Below, piece by piece: positions 9,213-23,577 of a stretch of 64,000 bases of DNA. The DNA is from Macrostomum hystrix (taxonomy: Eukaryota > Animalia > Platyhelminthes). The stretch spans positions 5,022,001-5,086,000 of the forward strand of contig CATNEN010000007.1 in NCBI GenBank assembly GCA_950097015.1. The letters are read 5' to 3'. Made by a program: the position numbers and the translations under genes. Below the pieces are notes generated by a model. It ran no database searches. It was not told the DNA's origin and saw nothing but the letters and a program-made list of their open reading frames with translations. The number at the start of each line of letters is the position of its first letter. The first letter of the stretch is position 1.

Positions 9213-10819
9213 GGCCGCAGAGAAGCCAGACGCCCAGTCTCAGGCACAGCCGGGTTCGCCGCAGCATGCCATAGTTTTCCCCAAGGTGATTTTTTCCTTC
9301 CGTGTCGAGCCTAGCGAGGATTCGAGTTTAATAATCGGCCCAGGATGATGAGTACCATCCCGTTTGAGAAGCCCCGCGGACCGGGTGCCGCTGATTGCTG
9401 ATGCGGAGGCGGGGCCCGCTCAGTGCTGCACGCCACGCGGGATGGGATCTCTTGGGGATTAGGGCGAAAATTCCCATCTTTGAAAAATTCAAATCTTTCA
9501 CAGATCCAGACTCACGGGAGAGTCCTCGCTTTCTTTGGGCCTTTAATCCCAAAATCTGGGAGCCAGAATCGCAGAAGCGTTCGAAAATCATCGCTTCCCA
9601 TTTCTGTCTCTTACCACCGCTAGCCACCTGGCCGATTGGGACAGATCCCTGATTCTCTCTGATCCCCAATCGGGTCCAGAGGCCACGGACAATCGCTGAC
9701 AGTTTGGAAAGCAATCAAAAGATCGACGCGGACAGTTTGAGATTTGTCTAAAAAGTTTTTGCCACAGTTCTTTTAGAAGAAAGCGTGCAGTGGCGCCAAA
9801 TGGTCGCATTGTTTTCATTTGGCTCTTAGTCAAACAGAGAGGCATATTTCCCCTAGAAGCTCCGGGGATAGATCCCCATGGGAAACTCGGATGAGGTCGG
9901 GGTCGCAAACAAAAAATCTCATACGGGACGGGACGGCAAACACCATTTATATACGAGTATATATATGCCTGGGTGTTGAAAGTGTCGCATTGGTGTTGGT
10001 CGCGGGTTCTAGACACGTGTTCCATCAAAGCTCCGAGTAGAGATCAAATAGATTTTTACGGAATATGGAAAACTGCAGAGCTCACCTTCGCTCATGACAA
10101 ATACGGGAGTGGGAAACCCGCATCCATGAGCTCACTAGACTCAGACCAGTATGCCAAGCCCGAGTCTTGGTAAGCAGCATTTGTCCTCCAGCCCTGACTC
10201 TCATGCTGGTCTTCAGAACTGTTCCAAAGTGAGGCTTTTTAACTAGAGAAAGTTTTTTTGCGTGCAGGGGAGATTGGTCGGAGGGAAAATGGAAAGCGAG
10301 TCGAGGTAAAACATTCTGGTAATGGCCCATGCATCTCCTCACGGTGCAGCTTCATGCTCATCTAAAATTCTGCATCACCATCCCTCGGGGATGAGGCGGC
10401 GACCGGCTCCTAGGAGTCAACAGCTCCCACTGGGGGGCGCGCGTGAAAGAAAAAGTGTTAAAAGGTAAGAGAACAGTTGCTTGTCACTAACAGCTCAGAT
10501 ATGGTCCGGCAGTTTAAGCGGGAGAGAGTTGAGCTGCTGTCAAGTGCTCACTTTTTATGGCGTAGGCTTTGTCTCAGTTTATGAGCTGTTTTAGGATAAA
10601 AATATTAGTGGGTGGGATATTTGATAGGGAAAGCTTAGGGGAATTGCTGCTTTCAATTTGTTTCAGGTTTTTGTAGGAAACTTCATGAGGACAAAAAAGT
10701 TTGGGATCGGAAAAAGTTAAGAGAGGAAAAATGAAGAATTAGATAAGTTTAGAATGGTGAAGCTGATGGAATTGTAGGAAAACTTTTCAAGAAAGCAACC
10801 TTGTGGGATTTTATCCTAC

Positions 10820-10982
10820 CTTCGGTGATTCTGGCCAGAGAGGAGGCCGGCCCGCTCCTGCAATTCGGCGGAGTTCCCGGCGCCTCCAGCTGCTGCAGGA
10901 GCTGCTGCTGCTGCTGCTGATGCTGCGTATCTGCGGGACTCTGCGAGCCGCTCATCCTTGTGCTGTTCTCAACGCTGATCAT
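10820..10982 (-). CDS. Lhx3/4: Lhx3/4 coding exon 1 (N-terminal, polyQ)
   Basis: ATG at 10982, MISVENSTRMSGSQSPADTQHQQQQQQ...RITE; donor gtagga at 10819, phase 1, joins exon 2 in frame. A second ATG at 10955 is possible. Confidence 0.7.
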
Positions 10983-11705
10983 CGCTCGTTTGCCGTCTGT
11001 CTGAAAGATATTCTTCCCAGAAAGCGTTGGATTTTCAACTGGAGTTGAGACGGGCTGACTGGGCCTTGCGGATTGGCTCCGCTGCCGACTGTTCCGCCGA
11101 CCAATCAGTGCGAATCATGCCTCCGGCCCTCTGCTTTTTGGGGAATGAAATTTCGGCTTGGGGCCCCATTCCCTCATCTCCCCGCCTCCTGTCTCGCTTT
11201 TGAGTGCTCAAATCAAAGAGGGTCTCCCGCGACTTCCTGGGTTTTTTCAATTTGCAAAGTGGGCGCCGCTGCTGCCTCGCCACTCCCAGAAATGGCCGGC
11301 ATCTGCATTAGCCGGCATGGGAGAAATCTCCCCTTTTTCCGAAAAGATGCGACTTACCAAATCTCATTTTATATGAGCGATCGACTCTATGTACTGAGGT
11401 TTGGCTTGGCTAGAGAACGCAGGTACTCAAAGCTGCTTGCGCTCAGAACAGTGACAATTCTAGCGACACTTTGATCGCTGCGTTTTATCCAATGCAAGGG
11501 AGTGGCATTTAGAGATGGCAGCAATGTGCCGCTTCATAACACACTCGCTTTGTCTGCCTAGACTGCACCTGACGGTCTTAATTGGCCTTTTTGTGTCCAG
11601 GAATGACAAAATTTATGCTAGAACTGTATGGGATAGAGTTAATTAAAGTTTGGGATATTTTCCACAACGATGAGATGCGATAAATACCCTGCTGCATGGT
11701 ACTCC

Positions 11706-12110
11706 AGCTGACACTCCCCCTGCTGACACTCCCCTCCTGACACTCCCCTGCTGACACTTCCCTGCTGACACTCCCCTCCTGACACTCCCCTGCTGACACT
11801 TCCCTGCTGACACTCCCCTGCTGACACTTCTCTTATGACACTCCCCTGCTGACACCCCCTGCTGACACTCCCCTGCTGACACTCCCTGCTGACACTCCCC
11901 TGCTGACACCCCCTGCTGACACTCCCCTGCTGACACTCCCTGCTGACACTCCCTGCTGACACTCCCCTGCTGACACTCCCCTGCTGACACTCCCCTCCTG
12001 ACACTCCCCTGCTGACACTCCCTGCTGACACTCCCCTGATGACACTCCCCTGCTGACACTCCCCTGCTGACACTCCCTGATGACACTCCCCTGCTGACAC
12101 TCCCCTGCTG
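11706..12110. repeat. ~15-bp minisatellite (CTGCTGACACTCCCC)n
   Basis: ~27 copies with length variants. Confidence 0.92.
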
Positions 12111-12276
12111 AGCTGAGCTGACTTTTGCTTTCTCGCTTAGTCATGTCATTATTTGATTTCATTAATTGATTTGCGACTCGCCACTTAAACCTCCATTAAA
12201 AAATCAAGCTAAACTGATGGGAGACAAGCCAATCATCCTATGCAGCTGAATTAGTGTTTTCTCTCAGAGCCCCAAA

Positions 12277-12355
12277 CTACTGCCTCACCTGACAGTCTTA
12301 CCTGACACCCTACTGCCTCACCTGACATCCTACTGCCTCACCTGACATCCCACTG
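12277..12355. repeat. Short ~20-bp repeat (TACTGCCTCACCTGACATCC)n
   Basis: 3-4 imperfect copies. Confidence 0.7.
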
Positions 12356-13065
12356 CAGTAATTATAGTAATTTAAAAGTCATATTGCAATTTAGATTTCC
12401 CTGGTGATCAGTTGGGATTATAGAGAAATCATGGGAGGCTGTAATAGCGGCAGAAGCCCCACAATTTCCATCCATCCACGACCCAACTCTTTCCTGGTGA
12501 ATCAATAATTATCACGAAAATCACGAATTTATCCGGGCTTCCCGGCAGCAGCAGCAGCAGCAGCAGCAGCTCACTGCTAGTTTCTGGGGGTGGGTCTCAG
12601 GGTCGGGCCATAGAAAAGACCTTTTAGATGCTTCGCCCTGAAGTTTCGTTTGAGTAAATATCGGGAGAGAAGACCCTGGCTTGCTGAGCCGTGGATCTAT
12701 CTGGGCTCAAAGTCACCGCTGTGTTTAATACGACCCTATAATTATCCTCAATTTGACATCAAATAATAATATGTGGGATTTAAAACGTCAGATAAGCTCG
12801 CTTAGCAACCAGGTGAACCTGCTGTCTTCTTTCAGGCCGTTTTAAATAAAAAACAGCAACTTTTCGTAGATTTGAGTTAATGACTAAAAAAACTAAAAAA
12901 AACAGTCGATGTAAAAAAGCGCAGTTTCCTAGGCAGAGATGTAGAACCTAGCAACTAAACTGCCTCAACAGGGAACCTGTTAATTAGTGATTTGAAATTT
13001 ACCTGGGTCACTAACATTAACTAACCGATTATCCGCTTAATTGTCGCTCGAAGTATCTTCACCTT

Positions 13066-15058
13066 GATCACTCTCTAATCTCATTCTGACAACTCTCTAA
13101 TCTCATTCTGACAACTCTCTAATCTCATTCTGATCACTCTCTAATCTCATTCTGACTACTCTCTAATATCATTCTGATCACTCTCTAATCTCATTCTGAC
13201 TACTCTCTAATCTCATTCTGACTACTCTCTAATCTCTTTCTGACAACTCTCTAATCTCATTCTGATCACTCTCTAATCTCATTCTGATCACTCTCTAATC
13301 TCATTCTGACCACTCTCTAATCTCATTCTGACCACTCACTAATCTCATTCTGACCACTCACTAATCTCATTCTGACAACTCTCTAATCTCATTCTGACAA
13401 CTCTCTAATCTCATTCTGACAACTCTCTAATCTCATTCTGACCACTCACTAATCTCATTCTGACCACTCTCTAATCTCATTCTGACCACTCTCTAATCTC
13501 ATTCTGACAACTCACTAATCTCATTCTGACCACTCACTAATCTCATTCTGACTACTCACTAATCTCATTCTGACCACTCTCTAATCTGATTCTGACAACT
13601 CTCTAATCTCATTCTGACCACTCACTAATCTCATTCTGACAACTCTCTAATCTCATTCTGACAACTCTCTAATCTCATTCTGACAACTCTCTAATCTCAT
13701 TCTGACCACTCACTAATCTCATTCTGACCACTCACTAATCTCATTCTGACCACTCACTAATCTCATTCTGACCACTCACTAATCTCATTCTGACAACTCT
13801 CTAATCTCATTCTGACTACTCTCTAATCTCATTCTGACCACTCACTAATCTCATTCTGACCACTCACTAATCTCATTCTGACCACTCTCTAATCTCATTC
13901 TGACCACTCACTAATCTCATTCTGACCACTCACTAATCTCATTCTGACCACTCTCTAATCTCATTCTGACCACTCACTAATCTCATTCTGACCACTCACT
14001 AATCTCATTCTGACCACTCTCTAATCTCATTCTGACAACTCTCTAATCTCATTCTGACAACTCTCTAATCTCATTCTGACAACTCTCTAATCTCATTCTG
14101 ACCACTCACTAATCTCATTCTGACAACTCTCTAATCTCATTCTGACCACTCACTAATCTCATTCTGACCACTCACTAATCTCATTCTGACCACTCACTAA
14201 TCTCATTCTGACCACTCTCTAATCTCATTCTGACCACTCTCTAATCTCATTCTGACCACTCACTAATCTCATTCTGACCACTCACTAATCTCATTCTGAC
14301 CACTCACTAATCTCATTCTGACCACTCACTAATCTCATTCTGACCACTCACTAATCTCACTCTGACCACTCACTAATCTCATTCTGACCACTCTCTAATC
14401 TCATTCTGACCACTCTCTAATCTCATTCTGACCACTCACTAATCTCATTCTGACCACTCACTAATCTCATTCTGACCACTCTCTAATCTCATTCTGACCA
14501 CTCTCTAATCTCATTCTGACCACTCTCTAATCTCATTCTGACCACTCACTAATCTCATTCTGACCACTCACTAATCTCACTCTGACCACTCACTAATCTC
14601 ATTCTGACCACTCTCTAATCTCATTCTGACCACTCTCTAATCTCACTCTGACCACTCACTAATCTCATTCTGACCACTCTCTAATCTCATTCTGATCACT
14701 CTCTAATCTCATTCTGACCACTCACTAATCTCATTCTGACCACTCACTAATCTCATTCTGATCACTCACTAATCTCATTCTGATCACTCTCTAATCTCAT
14801 TCTGACCACTCTCTAATCTCACTCTGACCACTCACTAATCTCATTCTGACCACACTCTAATCTCATTCTGACCACTCACTAATCTCATTCTGACCACTCA
14901 CTAATCTCATTCTGACCACTCACTAATCTCACTCTGACCACTCACTAATCTCATTCTGACCACACTCTAATCTCATTCTGACCACACTCTAATCTCATTC
15001 TGACCACTCACTAATCTCATTCTGACCACTCTCTAATCTCACTCTGACCACTCTCTAA
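13066..15058. repeat. 22-bp minisatellite (CTCTCTAATCTCATTCTGACCA)n
   Basis: ~90 copies; the longest homogeneous array in the window. Confidence 0.97.
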
Positions 15059-15691
15059 TATTTTTACCTCAAGGACTTTACTCTCAAATCTCTCCTTCTA
15101 TTCTTGCTTTCAGCCCATGGTTCTGCTTTCCAAAAGCGAAGTCGGACCAGACAGATGGATCGACCGCGGGATTTGACAGCTCCGAACCTGTCTCTCTACA
15201 GTTTTGAATTAATAAAACAGTAAGCAACTCCCGCTCAGCCCTGCCTGACGGTGTTGAAGGGGCCGACCTCGTAAGCTTGATTTCCCAGCGGGCCACTTTC
15301 GGGAACGCAGACGGGAAGGCTGGTGGAACAGTTGGAAATAGATGCGGGAGATGAGTAGTTCACGGACTCAAAAGCCTACTCACGCACGCGCGACCGCCTC
15401 AGCTCACAAAGGCTGCTCCTGCCGCCTCCCCTGGGCCGCGGGCGGCTGTGAGATCAGCTCAAATTTGAAGATTTAGAACGAGAGAAGTGGGGAACGGAAT
15501 GAAGGTGACTTTAACCGGCACTCCGTGAGGCTCACTCATCACCCGGCTTTGTGGCTGGTGGGGCCAATAATAAAGCTAACTAAAATCAGCCTGTGCGGCC
15601 AAACCTGACCCAAGGGAAGCGCACACTTTGGCACCTGGAATTGCGCCAATTTTTTTCTATTAACAACACTTCACGGTGTGCTCAAACTAAT

Positions 15692-16075
15692 CATTCTCTT
15701 TTATACATCTCTCACTTCACTCTCTCACCCCATTCACTCTCTCAAGCCATTCACTCTCTCACCCCATTCACTCTCTCAAGCCATTCACTCTCTCACCCCA
15801 TTCACTCTCTCAACCCATTCACTCTCCATCACACCATTCAGTCTCTCATCTCCATTCACTCTCCATCACACCATTCACTCTCTCATCTCCATTCACTCTC
15901 TCACCCCATTCACTCTCTCATCCACTCACTCTCTCACCCATTTACTCTCTCATCCATTCACTCTCTCATCCATTCACTCTCTCATCCATTCACTCTCTCA
16001 TCCATTCACTCTCTCATCCATTCACTCTCTCATCCATTCACTCTCTCATCCATTCACTCTCTCATCCATTCTCTC
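15692..16075. repeat. 17-19-bp minisatellite (CCATTCACTCTCTCAT)n
   Basis: ~20 copies. Confidence 0.9.
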
Positions 16076-16714
16076 TGCCCAGTTCTATATAATGGGTGAT
16101 GCTTTTACATCCCTCAAGTCGCTCGGAGCCTGAAAACGTGAGCCTGCAATGACTGAATTATAAGTGGATCTGCTCACAATGCTCACCTGTAGCAGCTCAG
16201 CTAGAGCACGCTTTGATTTGAGCTGCAGTATTCCCACTCATCATGGAACTATGCGGGACTGAGCTGGGAGAATGAACAATAGGGGGAAAATAGTTAGAAA
16301 AATATCCCTTCTCCACCTTCAGAGTAGATTCGCTGAAATCCCAGTTTGGGAAATTTTCGAATCTGCCTTCCCGTTTCCCGCAGTGACGGCTCCGCCCTCC
16401 CGCAGACAATCCGCGCCCGCAGTCCCCACTCCGACAGGCTGAAGACCGCATCTTTTTTATTCCCTCAACTAAGCAATGCAAAAACTGCTCACTGACAGCA
16501 TTGAAAAATTCAGGATTAATACACTCTTATTCATAAGAGCTTCAATGCCTCGGAGTGGGGTGGCTGCTGAGAATGCGGGCTTGTCTGAGGACTCACTCAA
16601 TCAGCCCTGCTCAAAGCCCTCCCTAAATCTGATGTTAAGAATTTCAACACTGTCGACTAGCTAGCTATATGTGACACCCTGCCCGCTCAGTGACTTTCAG
16701 ACCATTCCTCAGCA

Positions 16715-18375
16715 CATCCCACACTCCCCACACCCAGTCTCAGCATATCCATCACACACTTCCCATAACAGTCTCAGCTCATCCCACACTTCCCACACCA
16801 GTCTCAGCTCATCCATCCCACACTTCCCACACCAAGTCTCAGCTCATGCCACACTTCCCACACCCAGTCTCAGCTCATCCCACACTTTCCATACCCAGTC
16901 TCAGCTCATGCCACACTTCCCACACCCAGTCTCAGCTCATCCCACACTTCCCACACCCAGTCTCAGCTCATCCCACACTTCCCACACCCAGTCTCAGCTC
17001 ATCCCACACTTTCCATACCCAGTCTCAGCTCATCCCACACTCCCCACACCCAGTCTCAGGTCATCCATCCCACACTTCCCATACCCAGTCTCAACATATC
17101 CATCCCACACTTCCCATACCAGTCTCAGCTCATCCCACACTCGCCACACTCCCCACACACTCCCCACACGCTCACACTTCCCATACCCAGTCTCACCATA
17201 TCCATCCCACACTTCCCATACCAGTCTCAGCTCATCCCACACTTCCCACACGCAGTCTCAGCTCATCCCACACTTCCCATACCAGTCTCAGCTCATCCCA
17301 CACTCCCCACACTCCCCACACACTCCCCACACGCCCACACTTCCCATACCCAGTCTCACCATATCCATCCCACACTTCCCATACCCAGTCTCACCATATC
17401 CATCCCACACTTCCCATACCCAGTCTCACCATATCCATCCCACACTTCCCATACCCAGTCTCACCATATCCATCCCACACTTCCCATACCCAGTCTCACC
17501 ATATCCATCCCACACTTCCCATACCCAGTCTCACCATATCCATCCCACACTTCCCATACCCAGTCTCACCATATCCATCCCACACTTCCCATACCAGTCT
17601 CAGCTAATCCCACACATCCCACACGCAGTCTCAGCTCATACCACACTTCCCATACCCAGTCTCAGCTCATCCCACACTCCCCACACTCCCCACACGCAGT
17701 CTCAGCTCATCCCACACTTCCCATACCCAGTCTCACCATATCCATCCCACACTTCACATACCAGTCTCTGCTCATCCCACACTCCCCACACGCTCCCCAC
17801 ACGCCCACACTTCCCATACCCAGTCTCACCATATCCATCCCACACTTCCCATACCCAGTCTCACCATATCCATCCCACACTTCCCATACCAGTCTCAGCT
17901 AATCCCACACATCCCACACGCAGTCTCAGCTCATACCACACTTCCCATACCCAGTCTCAGCTCATCCCACACTCCCCACACTCCCCACTCTCCCCACACG
18001 CAGTCTCAGCTCATCCCACACTTCCCATACCCAGTCTCACCATATCCATCCCACACTTCACATACCAGTCTCTGCTCATCCCACACTCCCCACACGCTCC
18101 CCACACGCCCACACTTCCCATACCCAGTCTCACCATATCCATCCCACACTTCCCATACCCAGTCTCAGCTCATCCATCCCACACTCTCCACACGCAGTCT
18201 CAGCTCATCCCACACTTCCCACACGCAGACTCATCTCATCCCACACTCCCCACACGCAGACTCAGCTCATCCCACACTCCCCACACGCAGTCTCAGCTCA
18301 TCCCACACTTCCCACACGCAGACTCATCTCATCCCACACTCCCCACACGCAGTCTCAGCTCATCCCACATTCCCA
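16715..18375. repeat. Complex C/A-rich minisatellite (CCCACACTTCCCATACCCAGTCTCAGCTCAT and variants)
   Basis: Mosaic of ~31-35-bp units and sub-units over ~1.66 kb. Confidence 0.92.
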
Positions 18376-19044
18376 GTTCCTAAAACTTGCGAGTTTTTCA
18401 GTCGCTGATAAATCCCGCATTCCGCCACTCTGAAGTGTGGCTGAAATATCCCTCAAGCTCGATTGCCTCTCAGCGAGTCCCAGACAGCTGTGCCGACCCC
18501 AGCCTCGCTGATCCCATTGATCTCCGCAATTCTATAGAAAAAAAATCCCCTAAGACAAACAGCGCGCCATGTGGCCTGCTTTCAATTTTCCTGTCTGACA
18601 ATGCCCGCCCCAACGGCTCATCCCTTCCTTCAGCTGGTCGAGCAGAAGCGCCGAGTTTTCATCGCAGCCTTTCTAGAAGATTGAAAGACCAGCGTGGAAG
18701 ACGGGAATTCTGGCCGTCTCCTTTCACTCCTTTGAGTGCGGAATTGGAACTGAGTTGCCGCTGATTAAAGTGTCAACAGTCCGGAGGGGTGGGGCGGTTG
18801 GTGCCGTGCCCGCTCTCAACTTTTAGGAATAAAATCCCATGCCGCCTCAGTGATTTCGCGCCCCGGGCCAGATGCTCCGCGGTGCTAGCAGGATGGGAGA
18901 ATTTTCCGCTTTGACGAGGCACAAAAGCCTCACGAAGGCACTGACACCACTTCAGGCTGGTTGACAGCAGCCGTGACTGATGCTGTAGTAAATGTGGGAT
19001 AAAATCCCACAGTCGAAATATACAAGTCTGTCTTTATCTATGCC

Positions 19045-19833
19045 AAGTGGATACATTAGCAATCCATTTCTTATTAAAACTGTCATAATCAAGCCCATGT
19101 GGATAGATTAGCAATCCTGTCCCAATCAAGCCCATGAGGATAGATTAGCAATCCATTTCTTATTGAAACTGTCCCAATCAGGCCCATGAGGATAGATTAG
19201 CAATCCATTTCTTATTGAAACTGTCCCAATCAGACCCATGAGGATAGATTAGCAATCCATTTCTTATTGAAACTGTCCCAATCAGGCCCATGAGGATAGA
19301 TTAGCAATCCATTTCTTATTGAAACTGTCCCAATCAGACCCATGAGGATAGATTAGCAATCCATTTCTTATTGAAACTGTCCCAATCAAGCCCATGAGGA
19401 TAGATTAGCAATCCATTTCTTATTGAAACTGTCCCAATCAGGCCCATGAGGATAGATTAGCAATCCATTTCTTATTGAAACTGTCCCAATCAAGCCCATG
19501 AGGATAGATTAGCAATCCATTTCTTATTGAAACTGTCCCAATCAGGCCCATGAGGATAGATTAGCAATCCATTTCTTATTGAAACTGTCCCAATCAAGCC
19601 CATGAGGATAGATTAGCAATCCATTTCTTATTGAAACTGTCCCAATCAAGCCCATGAGGATAGATTAGCAATCCATTTCTTATTGAAACTGTCCCAATCA
19701 GGCCCATGATGATAGATTAGCAATCCATTTCTTATTGAAACTGTCCCAATCAAGCCCATGAGGATAGATTAGCAATTCATTTCTTATTGAAACTGTCCCA
19801 ATCAAGCCCATGAGGATAGATTAGCAATCCATC
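19045..19833. repeat. 52-bp minisatellite (GATAGATTAGCAATCCATTTCTTATTGAAACTGTCCCAATCAAGCCCATGAG)n
   Basis: ~15 copies; period 52 measured (19141 to 19193). Confidence 0.95.
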
Positions 19834-20911
19834 AGCTTAGCGATTCAGAAGTTTAACATCTTACGATTGGCCTGAAGGCCTTGAGTCCAAAGACTGCAGG
19901 AAGGCCGGAAGTGCTGCTTGCTACTAAAAGAGGCTCATGCAATCTCTTGAGTGCACTCGCCATTGCCCCCCAGAAGCAGAGCTGCTGCTTGAGCGGGTCA
20001 AATGAAGGCTAAAGCGGATGACTTTCCTTATTTAGAATGCAGCTAGCTGTTGAATATTTCGGCAGAAATTGGAAATCATTTTCTTCAGTCCCAACCCACC
20101 TTCCCGCCAGTGCCCCGAGGGGAGATGAAAGGGATGAGGCTAGTAGGTGGTTCCTCCACTCGCTGAGTGAGTTTTTTACTCAAGTCGCATCATCGACGGA
20201 TTGGGAAGAATGTGAGATGAGTGTGAGGCTTTTTCAAATGCTTCCCCGCCCTCCGCCGAGCCCAGGTTTTCCGCAGTGAGTTGGGATTTCCACTGCATGG
20301 AGGAAAATAAAGTTTCGAATAAATTAGCCACGCTTTTGAAGGCCTGCCTGCGAGTTTGGCTCGACTTATTCCGCCGTGGCGTGGGCAAATAGAAGGCTGG
20401 GGCAGAGACTAAACTCCCCAGTTTGAGCAAGTTTATGAGCAGCTCGGGTCTTGAAGGCTCCGCTGGTTCGTCCGCTCCGGTTTGATAAATGAGGCCGGGG
20501 CTGGGCGGGCCGCCCGGCTTTCATTGATTAAAGCGGGGAGCTGTTTGCACTATCCAGTGCCTGCCTCTAGGAGCAGACCTACTGGTTAATCTTGTTAATC
20601 GGTCTGGGAGGGATGCTGCTGCTGCTGCTGCTGCCGCTGCTGCCGCTGCTTCTCCCTGTTTGGTTGGCTTTAGGTCAGACAGGCCCGACTATTTTGGTGC
20701 ACCAGAGCAGATTGTGCTAGTGAAATTGTTTGGCTGTTGACTCTTTCTATTGTTTCCACTGAACAAAGGCACTGTCTGGCGGCATCAGCGGAACTGTCAT
20801 TGGTGCGGAGTCTGAGGGTTGCACGGCTCTCACGGCATTGCTGCGAAAGTTGCATTGCGAACTCTGAAGCAGAAGAAATTTAGACATTTGCAGATGACAT
20901 TGTTGTGAAGC

Positions 20912-21890
20912 ATGAAAAGGATGACAAACGTGATAAGGGTGATAAACGTGATAAGGGTGACAAACGTGAGAAGGGTGACAAACGTGAGAAGGGTGACAAA
21001 CGTGATAAGGGTGACAAACGTGATAAGGGTGATAAACGTGAGAAGGGTGATAAACGTGAGAAGGGTGATAAACGTGAGAAGGATGACAAACGTGATAAGG
21101 GTGACAAACGTGACAAGGATGATAAACGTGAGAAGGATGACAAACGTGATAAGGGTGACAAACGTGAGAAGGATGACAAACGTGAGAAGGATGACAAACG
21201 TGATAAGGGTGATAAACGTGATAAGGGTGATAAACGTGATAAGGGTGACAAACGTGATAAGGGTGACAAACGTGATAAGGGTGACAAACGTGAGAAGGAT
21301 GATAAACGTGAGAAGGGTGATAAACGTGAGAAGGATGATAAACGTGAGAAGGATGATAAACGTGAGAAGGGTGATAAACGTGATAAGGGTGACAAACGTG
21401 ATAAGGGTGACAAACGTGAGAAGGATGATAAACGTGAGAAGGATGACAAACGTGATAAGGGTGACAAACGTGAGAAGGATGATAAACGTGAGAAGGGTGA
21501 TAAATGTGAGAAGGATGACAAACGTGATAAGGGTGACAAACGTGATAAGGGTGACAAACGTGAGAAGGATAATAAACGTGAGAAGGGTGATAAACGTGAG
21601 AAGGGTGATAAACGTGAGAAGGGTGATAAACGTGAGAAGGGTGATAAACGTGAGAAGGGTGATAAACGTGAGAAGGGTGATAAACGTGAGAAGGGTGATA
21701 AACGTGAGAAGGGTGATAAACGTGAGAAGGGTGATAAACGTGAGAAGGGTGATAACCTTGAGAAGGGTGAAAACCGTGAGAAGGGTGATAAACTTGAGAA
21801 GGGTGATAAACGTGAGAAGGATGATAAACGTGAGAAGGGTTATAAACGTGATAAGGATGATAAACGTGAGAAGGGTGATAAAGGAGAGAA
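20912..21890. repeat. 9/18-bp minisatellite (GATAAACGTGAGAAGGGT)n
   Basis: ~54 copies of the 18-mer; produces long open frames on both strands. Confidence 0.95.
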
Positions 21891-22749
21891 GTGTAATATC
21901 TGAAGATGTGAGACAAGTGAGAATTGGGAAAAGCGCATTAAAAATTTGAAGACTAGGTTAACTGACAAACTTTGAATTAATGATTGAAGCTGAGAGGATC
22001 CAAGAAATAGATTAGACAATACTTAAAAGCTGATGGAGCATTCAAGACAGGATCAAGGTTTCGCCTAGCCTTAGGAAATATTGGCACTCAAGTTAGGTTG
22101 CGCGAGTGTCTGCAACAGTTGTTGTCTCGCTTGACAGCTTTCATAACGACTCACTTGTCCAGCTTGTCTGTCGGCTTAAAATGCCCAGAATTGTCAGCTT
22201 TTATCCAACTGGTCCGGCTTGAATTCCCAGAAAATCCCCCTGTTTTCCTCCCAAGACCTGCGGTGGCCTGGCGATGCCGGCCTAATTCCAGAACCGGATT
22301 AGAGACCAAAGCCAGCGGAGTTGCGGCCCCTTTGTCTGCCTAACAATCCGCAGGAAGCGAGTTTTTAAGCTCCCATCGCGCCTGACATCCCCATCTCACC
22401 TGGGGTGCTAATCCGCCTGATTTATCCCCTTGGTCGAACTGCTTTCTATCAAATGCCAGGGCTTCTGTGCCCCGTGATGTGAATTTCAACGGGAATGGAA
22501 GTGGCGCAGTTGGGCAAACTGCCAGAGTTGAGTCAAACGAGGATTCAACCATCTCCCGACACTAATTAGAAAGCGGAGCGGAACCGATTCCTAGGTATTG
22601 CTCGGATGGGATCAGATTAAAATTCGGGATTTCATTTAAAGCAGTTGCCGCATTGCAAATCAAGTGGAAGGTGTCCCATTGCTGCTGATTGCCTACGGGC
22701 CCAATTTGATGAGACTGCTAGGCTGCAGATTGATGGGGAGTAGAGCGAG

Positions 22750-22935
22750 AAAATGAGGGAGAATGGGAGGGAGAATAGGAGGAGAATGGGAGGGAGAATG
22801 GGAGGGAGAATGGGAGGGAGAATGGGAGGGAGAATGGGAGGGAGAATGGGAAGGAGAATTGAAGGGAGAATTGGAGGAAGAATGGGAGGGAGAATGGGAG
22901 GAAGGATGGGAGGGAGAATGGGAGGGAGAATGGGA
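22750..22935. repeat. 12-bp G-rich repeat (GGGAGGGAGAAT)n
   Basis: ~15 copies. Confidence 0.9.
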
Positions 22936-23577
22936 TTCTCTCACATCCCCCCTCCTGAGTTTTAGCACAGAGTTAAGCAGGCAGTTGAGCACAGCTGAGC
23001 AGAGGCTTGAGCACAGAGTTGAGCAGGTCCCATACTGTGAGCAGTTAACAATAATTGCCTAAGACACATAAAAGAATTGAGCTTTTATGGCAGTTCGGTC
23101 TGCCAGAATGGGGCGGGCAAGATCGCATGAATCAACAGACACTCGGCTCGGTGGGAAGTCATAAAAACATTTTGGTGTCGCGGCTTCTTCCTCAGATCAA
23201 AGATGTGCCAAAATCGACGAAACTTCTCAGCGGCTACTTAAACTGCCAGTTGGAAATCGGCATTGGTCTCTTGAATATGATTGGGGAAGCTCTCTCCCCC
23301 GCAGTTCCAGCCATTCAAACTGCTCATTTTATTGCCGAATCTTGACAGTTTTTTAAGTCGATAATGATCGAAACTCAGACATAAAAAATAATCTCTTGCC
23401 ATTGTTATTTCTCTAAAGTCACGGGTGATCATTTTGACACCTTTATGAGTCTATTCTCAGGTTTTTTGTGACTTGTTTGTCTGCATCTGTCGCTGTATAA
23501 AAATATTGCTGTGTGCATGAGCAACATTCAGTCTTAGGGTGTCCATTTGCTAGTTTCTTGGTGTCCGCGACTTGATG

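Noticed and set aside
9588-9960. Alternative Lhx3/4 first exon (TATAAA ~9950 and phase-1 GTAAGA donor ~9613 on -)
   Set aside because: No in-frame ATG in the phase-compatible frame; unsupported without transcripts.
16671-18383. Long repeat ORFs in the track (e.g. 16671-18383, 25929-27483, 31318-33020, 36930-37790, 42752-44396, 54461-56200, 60989-61895)
   Set aside because: Open simultaneously in several frames and both strands because the repeat units lack stops; no domains; several lie inside introns of identified genes.
20894-21903. (DKREKG)n 332-aa ORF with a plausible upstream acceptor and GAT/GAC variation that looks synonymous
   Set aside because: The opposite strand is equally open, no partner exons or start are identifiable, and it fits the window-wide minisatellite pattern. 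RNA-seq could overturn this.
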